From contig JACVRX010000001.1 in NCBI GenBank assembly GCA_014534205.1, positions 1-42,398 of the forward strand: 42,398 nt of DNA, given 5' to 3'. Both the position numbers and the translations under genes were made by a program. This DNA is from Jiangellaceae bacterium. GTDB lineage: Bacteria > Actinomycetota > Actinomycetes > Jiangellales > Jiangellaceae. A model generated the notes under the pieces. That model was not told the origin of the DNA. It saw only the letters and a program-made list of their open reading frames with translations, and made no database searches. Shown here in pieces: positions 42,067 through 42,398 of the stretch; position 1 is the first letter of the stretch; each line of letters opens with the position of its first letter.

Positions 42067-42398
42067 GTGCCTTCGACCGGCTCAGCTCAGTGTCTGCCAT
42101 TAAGCGAGCGGGCCCGTACGACGTCGCTGGCGACGCGGACAACGCTGCTCGCGTGCCTCGCCGCGCTGCTCGCGGGGTGTGGCGGCGGCGGTCAGGCGGC
42201 GGCACCGGCAACCACGGCGGGGGCGGCGGCCGCCACAGCGGTGCCGTCCGGCCTTGTTACGACATCGCCGGACGGGCGTCCCTCGTCGGTCGCCCCTGGA
42301 CCCCGCACGGTCGAAGTAACCATCGCCGAGGGCAGGGTAGAGACTGCCGCCGACCGGGTGGAACTCGCTACCGGAGTCGCCGCCCGGCTCGTGGTGAC
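42067..42398 (+). CDS. Putative lipoprotein, 5' part only (runs off the right edge of the window)
   Basis: My own translation from GTG 42067, with AGGAGAA 5-6 nt upstream: ...TRTTLLACLAALLAGC|GGGGQAAAPATT.... It has a lipobox and no in-frame stop to the window end. It is not in the ORF track because no stop is present. Confidence 0.6.
   Translation, partial: MPSTGSAQCLPLSERARTTSLATRTTLLACLAALLAGCGGGGQAAAPATTAGAAAATAVPSGLVTTSPDGRPSSVAPGPRTVEVTIAEGRVETAADRVELATGVAARLVV

Overview
Very GC-rich sequence (by eye about 70% or more, not computed). Its gene content and order look like a conserved actinobacterial chromosomal backbone, not an accessory island. I can support about 45 protein genes. They include an AdnA/AdnB-type helicase-nuclease pair, an alkyltransferase-like (ATL) protein, and the moeZ / TetR / DUF3107 / DEAD-box helicase neighbourhood. 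Also present are corA, an HNH endonuclease, a malyl-CoA-lyase-like gene, an MgtE_N-CBS/DUF1003 pair and a TPP-riboswitch-controlled ykoEDC ECF transporter. The last block is marR-mrp, tatB-htrA-rseB-like-rseA-sigE, an O-methyltransferase, pruA and a patatin-like lipase. From memory, the order resembles two M. tuberculosis neighbourhoods (Rv3201c-Rv3212 and Rv1220c-Rv1232c) placed together. I found no integrase, transposase, CRISPR array, tRNA/rRNA or obvious multi-gene defence or toxin system. The most unusual signal is non-coding. An ~80-90 nt palindromic repeat occurs six times plus one relic, always between genes. Two copies are perfect 48-nt palindromes, paired substitutions preserve the stem across copies, and all copies share an asymmetric tail. 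I do not recognise it as a named family. Secondary observations are two short tandem-repeat arrays in regulatory spacers, a decayed DMT/EamA gene left open in frame with adnA, a pseudokinase-like domain in a large flippase-like membrane protein, and an RseB-like gene inside the sigE-rseA-htrA cluster. Most long alternative-frame ORFs in the track are high-GC artefacts. Several start codons are my own placements and remain uncertain.
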